This document shows, one piece after another, positions 1 to 8,800 of a stretch of 64,000 nt of DNA (the stretch's first letter is position 1; each line of letters opens with the position of its first letter). Position numbers and translations under genes: made by a program. The notes beneath the pieces are model-generated. The model was not told the origin of the DNA. It worked only from the letters and a program-made list of their open reading frames with translations, and searched no databases. This DNA is from an uncultured virus (IMG/VR IMGVR_UViG_3300032330_000565) (taxonomy: Duplodnaviria; Heunggongvirae; Uroviricota; Caudoviricetes): the IMG/VR virus record IMGVR_UViG_3300032330_000565, one strand, 5' to 3'.

Positions 1-273
1 GCTTAAGCAGCTAAGGAATATACGCTATCGTTTGCGTTTATAGATTTTCTTCTTTTTACATCGTTGCTGATGTGCTGTCCACTCTGTTACTCTTTGCCCT
101 GTCGAAACCATGGCAGGCCCATTAGTAAGAATACTGTTAATGATCCATAGTCCGGAACTACGCCACTATTTTTTTCGCAGTTATTTGGTGCGAACAGTAT
201 TCTTGCTGGTGGACCTGGCGGGAGTCGAACCCGCGTCCAGAACACTTTTCTCTTTGCTTCATACAGCAATAAC
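1..273 (-). ncRNA. ssrA: Circularly permuted (two-piece) tmRNA gene; the coding piece runs off the left edge of the window
   Basis: On the minus strand the acceptor piece ...GGACGCGGGTTCGACTCCCGCCAGGTCCACCA (CCA ends at 207) comes first. An intervening segment (121-206) follows, then the 5' end GGGCCTGCCATGGTTTCGAC at 120. Acceptor stem GGGCCUG/CAGGUCC has the G3-U70 Ala determinant. CAGGGCA pairs with UGUUCUG and ACAGC with GCUGU (P2). A tag ORF lies downstream. Confidence 0.92.
3..35 (-). other. tmRNA proteolysis tag reading frame (A)ANDSVYSLAA*
   Basis: ATAAAC precedes GCA AAC GAT AGC GTA TAT TCC TTA GCT GCT TAA. The AND start and LAA end match proteobacterial ssrA tags. Confidence 0.92.
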
Positions 274-1146
274 TTACATATTATATTTAGTCTTTATAAA
301 CTCTGCAAGTTCTTCGGCTATCACTTTATAACCATCTATTGTAGGATGAGTACCTTCACAATTGGTTAAGTACTTAGAAGGCCAATCTCTCTTGTGATAA
401 TATCCATGAAACATTGGCCAATCTTTTGGTGGAATCAACCCATCTAATTCTATTAACTTTTGTACAAATGCAGTATAAGCAGTAGTTCTATGTAGATAAC
501 AATTATCCCAATCAAACTTGTCTACTAAGTAACCAGCATGGGCTTTAAGATATTGATCCGAATGTTGCTGCTTGTCATGTTGATTAAATGCATTTGCCAC
601 TACAACTTTATACCCATATGCTTTAGCAAATGTTTGTAAATCTAGTAATGCCATCATCTGGGTAGCAGCAACAAATTCTTCATCCCATAACTCTCTACTA
701 TAAACATTCCAGAATGGATCCTCACTAGGGAAAGGCCATGCAGTACGCCATTTGTAATGCTTATACTCACCAATGGAATAAAAATCGTCTTGTTTGGGAG
801 GATGTTTTAAATGTTTACCAAATACATCAAATCTTTCAAATCCACTAAGCATTAACACAATAATGCCAGTACTGTTGTTAAAATCTACTTTATCACAAAA
901 ATGTAATTGATGAACCGCAGCACGATTGCCAGTTCCGCGTGTACCCAAATTGATTGGAGTATAGTCAGTAAAGTAATCTCGGCATAATAAATTTACCCAA
1001 CTGTTCTCGTGCTCCATTTCACGCAAGTAATAGTCACTACGGCCTCTAACTTGTACTCTGCCACCATGATCTTTCCATACTTGTTCTGTGTACCCACCCT
1101 CACCCTGAGTCCAACTACAACCCAAACCTATAATATATTTTTTCAT
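274..1146 (-). CDS. SGNH/GDSL-like hydrolase or acyltransferase, 290 aa
   Basis: N-terminal GLGCSWT (block I G-x-S), NLGTRGTGN (block II) and C-terminal EGTHPT His motif. Confidence 0.6.
   Translation of the reverse strand: MKKYIIGLGCSWTQGEGGYTEQVWKDHGGRVQVRGRSDYYLREMEHENSWVNLLCRDYFTDYTPINLGTRGTGNRAAVHQLHFCDKVDFNNSTGIIVLMLSGFERFDVFGKHLKHPPKQDDFYSIGEYKHYKWRTAWPFPSEDPFWNVYSRELWDEEFVAATQMMALLDLQTFAKAYGYKVVVANAFNQHDKQQHSDQYLKAHAGYLVDKFDWDNCYLHRTTAYTAFVQKLIELDGLIPPKDWPMFHGYYHKRDWPSKYLTNCEGTHPTIDGYKVIAEELAEFIKTKYNM
280..308 (-). promoter_or_regulatory. sigma70-type promoter for the tmRNA
   Basis: TTGCAG (308-303), 17-nt spacer, TATAAT (285-280), lying just upstream of the acceptor piece inside the 3' end of the preceding CDS. 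Confidence 0.7.
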
Positions 1147-1152
1147 TTAATC

Positions 1153-1299
1153 CTAATCAATTCGTGTATAATTTAGTACCATACCCGCACCATATATTGC
1201 TTCTGCTAATAACTTGGCTTGATAATCATTATCAGCATTGATTGTTACATCAGCCGTCTGATATTGATTTAATCTAACCCAAACTCTATAACGATGCAT
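1153..1299 (-). CDS. Small hypothetical protein, 48 aa (not in the ORF track): MHRYRVWVRLNQYQTADVTINADNDYQAKLLAEAIYGAGMVLNYTRID
   Basis: Its ATG overlaps the upstream stop (TAATG) and the ORF fills the gap exactly. Confidence 0.75.
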   Translation of the reverse strand: MHRYRVWVRLNQYQTADVTINADNDYQAKLLAEAIYGAGMVLNYTRID

Positions 1300-1598
1300 T
1301 ATCGTTGGTAGCAATTACGCTCACGGTAAATCTGACCGTCCGAAGTCTGTATCTCTTTCCAATCTGTGCATACAACAATAGGTTGTTGTACAACTACCGG
1401 TTGCTGTACAACAACAGACTGTGGTTGATGCTGATTAGCAATTACTGCCCCTGCAATACCACCAATAATCAATGGGGCTACCCAATCATTACGTTGAACA
1501 ACGACTGTGCGAGGTTCCCAACGACGGTGATCGTGGTGCCATTGTGCTTGTGCAGCAGTAGCTGCAAGTAAAGTAATTACCAATAATAGTTTTTTCAT
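1299..1598 (-). CDS. Small secreted/envelope protein, 99 aa, with signal peptide, glycine-rich hydrophobic segment and VVVQQP repeats
   Basis: Signal peptide MKKLLLVITLLAATAAQA; WVAPLIIGGIAGAVIA; C-terminal Cys pair; GGAG SD. Confidence 0.75.
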   Translation of the reverse strand: MKKLLLVITLLAATAAQAQWHHDHRRWEPRTVVVQRNDWVAPLIIGGIAGAVIANQHQPQSVVVQQPVVVQQPIVVCTDWKEIQTSDGQIYRERNCYQR

Positions 1599-1652
1599 AA
1601 TTTATCTCCTATACGTATATAACGTTATAGAGTATTCTTTTGTTGACTCAGT

Positions 1653-2294
1653 TTACTTGTTTGCTAGTGGATTGTCAATAGCTTTCTGTATCTTTTGGTC
1701 AAGTTCCTTCTTCAATACTTCCACTTCTTTGGTAACTTCTTTCTTCAAAGTCTGTGTTTCAGCATTAACTTCTCTACGGGCTTGTGCCATTTCAGTTCGG
1801 ACAGCATTAGCTTCTGCTCTTGCCTTATCTAAATCTTCTCTAACACCCTTACGCATTTCACGCATCTCACTTTCGGAATCACGTTGTGCCGCTTTTACAA
1901 ATCTTTCCACCTGCTCAGTTACGGTTTCGTTTCTACGTAAGTCACTCTTTAAGTCATTCTTAATATCACGGGTATATCCATTTGCTTCAGCGACCGAATC
2001 TTCAGCCTTTTTAATCTTTTGGTCAAGTATGGATATTCGTTTATCAAACTCGGTTAAATCTGGTGCTGAATATTCAGATATCTTTTTCTTCATATTTTGA
2101 TAGTCTTTGTAAACTTCAAATGCTCCATACAGTCCACCCAAAATTGATGACACTAATGTAAATGCTACCATTAGTTTGGCTGGGGTAAATTCATACCCAC
2201 CAATGCTAATTACAGTATCTGCGCTAGCATATTTCTTTACTGCTTCTTGTGCTTCGTCAATCTTTGCGTTGACATCTTTTATTTCTTCTGCCAT
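1653..2294 (-). CDS. Single-TM coiled-coil membrane protein, 213 aa
   Basis: Hydrophobic segment LMVAFTLVSSILGGLYGAF followed by a long K/E/R-rich heptad region ending NPLANK; AAGGA SD. Confidence 0.8.
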   Translation of the reverse strand: MAEEIKDVNAKIDEAQEAVKKYASADTVISIGGYEFTPAKLMVAFTLVSSILGGLYGAFEVYKDYQNMKKKISEYSAPDLTEFDKRISILDQKIKKAEDSVAEANGYTRDIKNDLKSDLRRNETVTEQVERFVKAAQRDSESEMREMRKGVREDLDKARAEANAVRTEMAQARREVNAETQTLKKEVTKEVEVLKKELDQKIQKAIDNPLANK

Positions 2295-2460
2295 TTTATT
2301 TTCCTTTTAAAATAATGAATTCTTTTTCTTTTTTTCTGCATCTTCAAACATAAATTTAATAAGTTTATAAAGAAGATAAGATAATATCCCAGTATATGTA
2401 AGCAATACACATTCCATAATTAACAGCAATATTTGTATATCTATCATTTTATTTTCCTTT
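2292..2460. repeat. 16-bp direct repeat (AAAGGAAAATAAAATG on the minus strand) flanking the 46-aa ORF
   Basis: Identical cattttattttccttt at 2292-2307 and 2445-2460. Confidence 0.85.
2307..2447 (-). CDS. Small membrane protein, 46 aa (not in the ORF track): MIDIQILLLIMECVLLTYTGILSYLLYKLIKFMFEDAEKKKKNSLF
   Basis: AAGGA SD plus ATG, one hydrophobic helix and a basic tail; fills the intergenic gap. Confidence 0.65.
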   Translation of the reverse strand: MIDIQILLLIMECVLLTYTGILSYLLYKLIKFMFEDAEKKKKNSLF

Positions 2461-4695
2461 ATATTGCTGGTCTACCATCTCTTGATGTAGTCTGTCATTT
2501 GATAACGATCTAAATAGTCTTGCGTTATCAACTGTCTTTTGGTCTTTATAAATTGCTTCTACTTTATAAAAAGCCGCATCTTTAAGCACAAAACTATATG
2601 CTTCATATCCTTTGGGTGTTGTTGCTATACTTGCTATATCAACACTACCTGCTAACTCATTTGCGTTTACATTCTTCTTAACCGTATCAGTAGTTTGTTC
2701 TGATTGAAATGATTCAAAATTTATCTTACTAGCAAACAAATCATTTATATTAGAACCACGACTCATATTTGTATTAAACGATGCAGCTGGCATATCAACT
2801 TCTTGTTGCTTGTTCTCAAACTTTGGTTGCTCAAATTGCGTAGCAACCGAGGCTACTAATGATGTATCGGTCTTTTGTTGTGATTCATATCTAGTAACAG
2901 AAACTTGAGGTGCTAGTACCGGTACTGTAATATTTGCGGATCCAAAAGTAACTTGACCCAAAGTTTGTTGCGGTGGTGTTAGTGATATAGATTGAATTGG
3001 TGATACAAATGTCATTTGTGTAGCTGCGGTTGGGTGTTGTAATTGAACTACTGAACTATTTTGTTGAGATGACTGAGCATATGATTGAATATTATTACTT
3101 TGTATCATTGATGCTTGTGAACTTGCTTGATTCATTGTATTCAATGCTTCTACAACTTGATTAGCTTGTTCTTGTGCTTTAGCTGCTGATGTAGCTGCCA
3201 CTTGTTGTGCGTTTTGTACTGCTGCTGTTTGTGTTGCCTTATCATTAGCTTGCACTTGGTTAAGCAAACTCATTATCAAACTCATGTTTGGAGTAGACTT
3301 ACTTGATTGTGTAGATGCTAATTGTGATTGTTGGGCAATTGCTTGTACATCTTTAAGTGCCTGCGGAATATTGTCTGGGGCACTGATTGAACCAGTAGTA
3401 GACATTTGTACACCGCCTACATTTGTCGTTGGAGTACTTGAGGTTGATGATTCAATTGTTAGGGTAGATGTACTAGCCTGTACAGCAATGGTGTTACTGG
3501 CGCTTAATTTAGCAGCAAACGCAGCAGCATACCCCTTACAATCAGTACTATATAAAGGATTGTTGGCGCAAGGGTCAGCAGTATATATTATACTAGACCA
3601 GAAATTACCCACAGTTGAACCTGTGCCCATAGATGACCCGTTCAATCTGAAAGTACCCAATGCAGTTTGATTCAAACTTGAGGGTAATATAAACTTTTCA
3701 GATACATTACCATTTGTGTTATCACCTGTATAACTATAACCTCGCTGGTATAATGATTGATTAGTGTTACTAGTTAATGATGCTGTTACTCTTGCTGAAG
3801 CAGGGATATCCATATACCAACTACATGATCCGTCTTGATTAGTAGCAGTACATCCTGACCAACTTTGTCCTACTTTATAACTATAGCCATAATTAAATCC
3901 ATGTACCATCGCACCAACTCCTGCGTTTGTTAATGCTGTATTGATTGCTATTGCTTGGTTGTATGAACCAGCAAAATCATTTGACGGTAATAAATTATTA
4001 GTATTAATAACTTTGTTAAATCCAGCACAAGTTGAACTATATGCAGGATTCAAAGTACATGGATCAACTCTATATGCTAGATTAAAACTAACATTTGTAA
4101 TTTCTGGACCGTAAGGACCAGCCCAGCCATTAGTATCTCTACCAATAAACCCCACTCTCGCTGTACTTAATGTTGAAGCAATATATGGATTAGCAAAAGT
4201 TTCATGGAAGTTAAAATCTGTCCAGTTGTATTTTCTATTTGTTTGACTTGAGTAATCATAGTTTGCCGCTTGTGTACCGTTAGCATTATATAATGAAACA
4301 TACGCTGCTAGATAATCTTGCTGACCGTTATCCCATCCATTACCATTCTTAGCACGAAACGCAAAATTAAATCCAGTTAGTTGAACACCGGTGCCGCCTG
4401 CTGCTAATGCCGCATTTATATTAATAACTTGATTGAGGTCTACTTGACCATAACTAAAATTAATAGTGCCATTACGATTGACATTGGGATATGGTCCGCA
4501 GTTACCGGCTTCACCGGGATGCCAGCAAGTTAAACTATTGACATAGACACCGTTGTTCCAGTTACTTGTAGTAGCCGTAGGTGTACCGGTAAAATTTATC
4601 AGATTACCGGTAGTTGGATCTACTTGTGAATTAGAAGGCTTTATAAATGATAGTGCCAAGCAAAGCACCAAGGCCAATTTTCTTGTAAGTGTCAT
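2449..4695 (-). CDS. Secreted protein of about 748 aa with two beta-rich domains, each ending in DPC-x2-NP-x-YS-x2-C-x-G(F/Y), and a Gln/Ser/Ala-rich region
   Basis: Signal-like MTLTRKLALVLCLALSFIKPSNSQ. Internal duplication DPCTLNPAYSSTCAGF / DPCANNPLYSTDCKGY and ININAALAAGGTG / IAINTALTNAGVG. ATG at 4695 preferred over the TTG at 4698. Confidence 0.8.
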   Translation of the reverse strand: MTLTRKLALVLCLALSFIKPSNSQVDPTTGNLINFTGTPTATTSNWNNGVYVNSLTCWHPGEAGNCGPYPNVNRNGTINFSYGQVDLNQVININAALAAGGTGVQLTGFNFAFRAKNGNGWDNGQQDYLAAYVSLYNANGTQAANYDYSSQTNRKYNWTDFNFHETFANPYIASTLSTARVGFIGRDTNGWAGPYGPEITNVSFNLAYRVDPCTLNPAYSSTCAGFNKVINTNNLLPSNDFAGSYNQAIAINTALTNAGVGAMVHGFNYGYSYKVGQSWSGCTATNQDGSCSWYMDIPASARVTASLTSNTNQSLYQRGYSYTGDNTNGNVSEKFILPSSLNQTALGTFRLNGSSMGTGSTVGNFWSSIIYTADPCANNPLYSTDCKGYAAAFAAKLSASNTIAVQASTSTLTIESSTSSTPTTNVGGVQMSTTGSISAPDNIPQALKDVQAIAQQSQLASTQSSKSTPNMSLIMSLLNQVQANDKATQTAAVQNAQQVAATSAAKAQEQANQVVEALNTMNQASSQASMIQSNNIQSYAQSSQQNSSVVQLQHPTAATQMTFVSPIQSISLTPPQQTLGQVTFGSANITVPVLAPQVSVTRYESQQKTDTSLVASVATQFEQPKFENKQQEVDMPAASFNTNMSRGSNINDLFASKINFESFQSEQTTDTVKKNVNANELAGSVDIASIATTPKGYEAYSFVLKDAAFYKVEAIYKDQKTVDNARLFRSLSNDRLHQEMVDQQYKGK

Positions 4696-5830
4696 CAAGT
4701 TTTTCCTCTTCTACTGTTGGGACTCTATCTTTGTTCTCTTCCCATGCTTGTCTAGCAGCTTCACCAATCTTACCTTCAAACGGGCATGGTGTGCCTGCTG
4801 CCATCATAGCATCAAATACTCTACGGTCTTGACACATAGTTGCTACAGCAGCTACTTTCATGCCCATATCATATAGTGTTTTGGATAACTTTAGTCTCTC
4901 ACAATTCTGGTCTCTAATCGTGCCGCCACCACTGACACCAAATATCTGTGTCTGTACGCCACCACTTGTACCAGTTGTACATAAATCATTGTTACCACCA
5001 CTCATCATAGTTGGCGCAACCGCTGTTGGTGGCGGTTGAATAACACGTTGAGTAATCTCAGTGGTATTAATGTTACGATTGGTCATATCACCGGTCTGTA
5101 CATTATTGTTTGTATTAGCATTAACGTTGGTCGCTGTGCTAGTATTAACATTATTGTTATTATTGGTCATTGTACCAGTATTAACATTGTTGTTATTGTT
5201 AGTCATTGTACCAGTGTTAACATTGTTGTTAGTGTTTACATTAGTTGCGGTACTACTATTAACGTTGTTGTTATTGTTTGTCATTGTACCACTGTTAATG
5301 TTTGTACTTGTTACCGTGCTACTATTAACATTATTGTTGTTATTAGTCATTGTACCGCTGTTAATGTTATTATTAGTGTTAACATTAGTAGAACTGTTAG
5401 TGTTCTGGTTAATGTTAGTCATTGTACCACTATTAATATTGTTATTGGTGTTTACATTTGTACTAGCACTTGTGTTCTGATTAATGTTGGTCATTGTACC
5501 GGTGTTGACATTGTTATTATTGTATGTCATTGTACCGGTATTTACATTATTGTTATTATTTGTCAGTGTTCCGGAGTTGACATTGTTATTATTGTATGTC
5601 ATTGTACCACTGTTAACATTATTGTTATTATTAGTGTTTGTTGATGTACTTCCAACCGTTGTTTGGTTGATATTAGTAATCGTACCACTATTAACATTGT
5701 TGGTGTTAACTGTGCTTGTGCTAGTAGAGGTACTGTTTGTATCTACTAGACTTTTGCTATCATATGTCGTTTGTGCTAGGGCCGTAGAGGCAGCAGCAAG
5801 GACAGTAAGACTTATTATTATTCTTTTCAT
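4631..5830 (-). CDS. Exported Asn/Thr repeat protein, 399 aa, with a four-Cys domain and C-terminal hydrophobic anchor
   Basis: Signal peptide MKRIIISLTVLAAASTALA; tandem NNNNVN(S/T)GTMT repeats; DLC...QNCERLKL...TMCQD...GTPCPF; C-terminal IGLGALLGTIIYKAF. Confidence 0.85.
   Translation of the reverse strand: MKRIIISLTVLAAASTALAQTTYDSKSLVDTNSTSTSTSTVNTNNVNSGTITNINQTTVGSTSTNTNNNNNVNSGTMTYNNNNVNSGTLTNNNNNVNTGTMTYNNNNVNTGTMTNINQNTSASTNVNTNNNINSGTMTNINQNTNSSTNVNTNNNINSGTMTNNNNNVNSSTVTSTNINSGTMTNNNNNVNSSTATNVNTNNNVNTGTMTNNNNNVNTGTMTNNNNNVNTSTATNVNANTNNNVQTGDMTNRNINTTEITQRVIQPPPTAVAPTMMSGGNNDLCTTGTSGGVQTQIFGVSGGGTIRDQNCERLKLSKTLYDMGMKVAAVATMCQDRRVFDAMMAAGTPCPFEGKIGEAARQAWEENKDRVPTVEEEKLDDTYKKIGLGALLGTIIYKAF
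5060..5710 (-). repeat. Coding tandem repeats of about 10-13 aa, consensus N-N-N-N-(V/I)-N-(S/T)-G-T-M-T
   Basis: Repeated gtcattgtacc and aacattgttattatt units on the plus strand, in frame within the 399-aa CDS. Confidence 0.9.
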
Positions 5831-5831
5831 G

Positions 5832-5879
5832 TTTATCTACCCTTTACTATACTATTTATAGCTAGTTTGGGTAGATAAA
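5832..5879 (-). promoter_or_regulatory. T4-type late promoter (TATAAATA) in the loop of an RBS-sequestering hairpin
   Basis: TATAAATA at 5860-5853. Perfect 11-bp inverted repeat at 5832-5842 / 5869-5879; the 3' arm GGGTAGATAAA ends one base before the ATG at 5830. Confidence 0.8.
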
Positions 5880-5899
5880 TCTACTGATATATCAGTATA

Positions 5900-8800
5900 T
5901 TATTGATATTTGTTCTCAAAATAAGCACGTAACCATGGCCAATCATAGCTAAGTTTTAATTTATCAAAGTCACCGTTAACTTCTTCGTAATACTCAACTG
6001 CATGTTGTGCGCCATCAGTGCTATATTCGTTAAACTTGCCCATGCCCACAGTCAACCACATTTCAAGTCTGTTCTTACTAATCTCGCTATTTTCAGCACG
6101 TAATTTTAGTGCTTCGCGGAACGCAGTACGCCATGTACTCCATTCATCAGTATTGAAGTTAGCAATACCACTATTGAGTTCTAATACTTCATGCTCATCA
6201 TCCATAGTAAAGTCAAGACCTTTACCTTGATTAGCAAGAGTTAGTTTCTTATTATAAGCAATCATAGCCATGTGTCCATACTTCAAACCATTGACTGGAT
6301 TTGTTGCATGGAATACATAATGTTTGGGTAGCTGTAATCTGTCAGGTTGCCAGTTCCAATCAAACTTGTTGCTGACTTTTAGTTTAGCAAATACAGTAAG
6401 CATCCAGGGAGTATTACTTGCTTCCGCTGCTGCGTGATAAGCTGCTACACGACCATTAACTCCGTCTACTCTAGCTACACGATTAGGTAAACCCTCTGTT
6501 ACTTTAAGTAAATGCTGATAGTTTTCTTCTGCACCTGCTTCACCATTACTTAAGAACACTATATCCATTGGACTAGATTTTGCTAGTTTGCTGTTAGTGA
6601 TGATATATGGGTAATCATATAACTCACGCTTAACATAGTCTTTTGCTTCTTTTGGCACAACGATGCGTGTTCCACCTACACTTGTAATCTGAATGTTTTT
6701 AGCCTCGGGAGTCCACAAACTCATTGGTTCAACATCAATCAAGTTGATATCTTTGTTATCTTCAGTAACAAATATAGCATACGGGAAATTGAAAGTTGTA
6801 TTAATATTTTCAACGTGAGTATCACTTTCAGTTACTATAACTGGTGCAGGTAATCTCTTAGCACGTTGGCTTTGGTTGAAGTTAACCTTAACGTAATCTT
6901 CTAATACATTCATATCTTCAATCAAAGTACGCAATTTGTTAACGTCAATTAAGAATGTATCACCAAACTTCTGTCTATCACTAGGGAATACATGAAGCTG
7001 TTCTTTAGCAAACGGATCGCATATGTAAGTAAAATCAAACGTTGAATAATCACATACAGTACTAGCTATCCAAACATAATGTTCTTTCTTAACAGGAAGA
7101 ATATCTAACATCTTTTGAAAAGTAGCAATATAACTATCTTGAAACTTGATTACAGTATTTCCCTGTATCTGTGACATATCCATGTTTCCATGGTCTACAT
7201 AAATGATATCATATAATACATTGGTTGCTTTTGCTTTTCTGTCTTTAACAAAGTTTAGATTAGAAAGATGTTCAATGATTTTAATATACTTTGTATCTTG
7301 TGCAAATGTTTCACGGTTAACCATAAAGGTAGTTCCCCAATGACTCCATTGAGTTCCAAACACTTGCACCATTTTCATCTGCCAAGGATTGGGATAATAT
7401 TCAAAATCAAAGTCAGTGTAATCTAATTCACTATTAAGTATCCAGCACAATTCAGTTGTACTACGATTAATACAACGATTGATTGTGTCTACCCAACTGT
7501 TCAGATAACGTGTTTTTTGTATAGTAGGAAACTTTTGTTTTAATTTCTCAAATCTTGCTTGTGATTCACTGTTGCTTCTATCTACAAAGAACATGTCAGA
7601 TTTTTTGAATAAGCTAGCCAAATACTTTTCAGTTAGTTCTTCAGTTTGAACAAATTTGAAATCTGTATTACCTTTAAGGTACATACTAGCATTAACAAAA
7701 TATGTTTGTGTAATTTCACTATCAGGGGAACCAAATACATAAACGTATTCGTTTTCCCATTGAATGTTAACTATTTCAGGTCGCCAATCAAAGTTGAAAG
7801 TTGTATAGTCAATGTTCTTATGCATTGCCCAGAAGATTTCATTGGGATGTTGCTTAACTAAATCAGCTAGTGTAGTTTCAATTTCATATCTAGGAACTAA
7901 TATACTTTGTATATCATCCTCTGTAATTTTTTCAATACGTTCCATGAAAACCATCACATCATCCAATGTATCAGGGTGCGTATACTTTGGACCATCTTCT
8001 CTATCTAGCAATGTACCAAATTGATATGTAGTTGGCGGGTCAGTATCATCTGGGTGCCAACTAAAATCAAACTTTCCGTCTGTGTTCTTAACATTAGACC
8101 AGTGTTTCATGTTAGCCAATTTTTTAGATTTGATAACATCAACATACTTAACTTGACCAATGGGTTTACCCGATGCTAATCTAGGTACGCCAACAGCGAC
8201 ATATTGCGGTCCACCTGTCTTTTGATGTTGAGTTCCAAACTGATATATGTATGGTTCTGCTTCTGTACCATCTGGGTGCCAGCTAAAATCAAACTTAGTA
8301 CTATCAATATCTTCTGGAATAATCCAATTACTTCTATCAGCCAATGCTTTTGCATGATGTGTGTCAATGTATTTTAATTCAGTTGCACCGTCAACTACAT
8401 ACTTTGGTCCACCTGTCTTTTGCCATTGTGTACCAAATTGATATATGTATGCCCCATCTTGTGGGTGAGGTATCCAACTAAAATCAAATTTTGTTGTATC
8501 TACATTCTCGGGGATAGTCCAATTAGTTTTATTCTCTCCCAACCTAGCAACTATGTCATTTACATATTTTATTTGACCAATAGGTTGTCCTGAAGATAAT
8601 CTAACAGTATTTTCAGGAACATATTGTATTGTTGGCATTACTTCTGCCGGATATTGATTATTACCAAATACATATATGTATGGCTCATCAGTTTCATCAT
8701 GGTGCCAACTATAATCAAAATCAGCAATTACAATATCACCTATAATATTAAAAGTAGACTTGTTCTCTAACTTTCTTGCTTTCTGAGAACTGATATATTT

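Noticed and set aside
207..240. tRNA gene suggested by GGTTCGACTCC and a CCA end
   Set aside because: No upstream 5' acceptor strand, D arm or anticodon arm; the matching 5' strand lies downstream at 120, as in a permuted tmRNA.
87..331. ORFs 87..269 (-) and 110..331 (+)
   Set aside because: They overlap the tmRNA structure and show no protein features; treated as spurious.
5036..5861. Hydrophobic plus-strand ORFs rich in L, V and I
   Set aside because: They are antisense shadows of the AAT/AAC Asn repeat tract. The other plus-strand ORFs in the track are likewise shadows of minus-strand genes.
5882..5897. LexA SOS box
   Set aside because: CTG-N6-CAG spacing does not fit the CTG-N10-CAG box of beta/gamma-proteobacteria.
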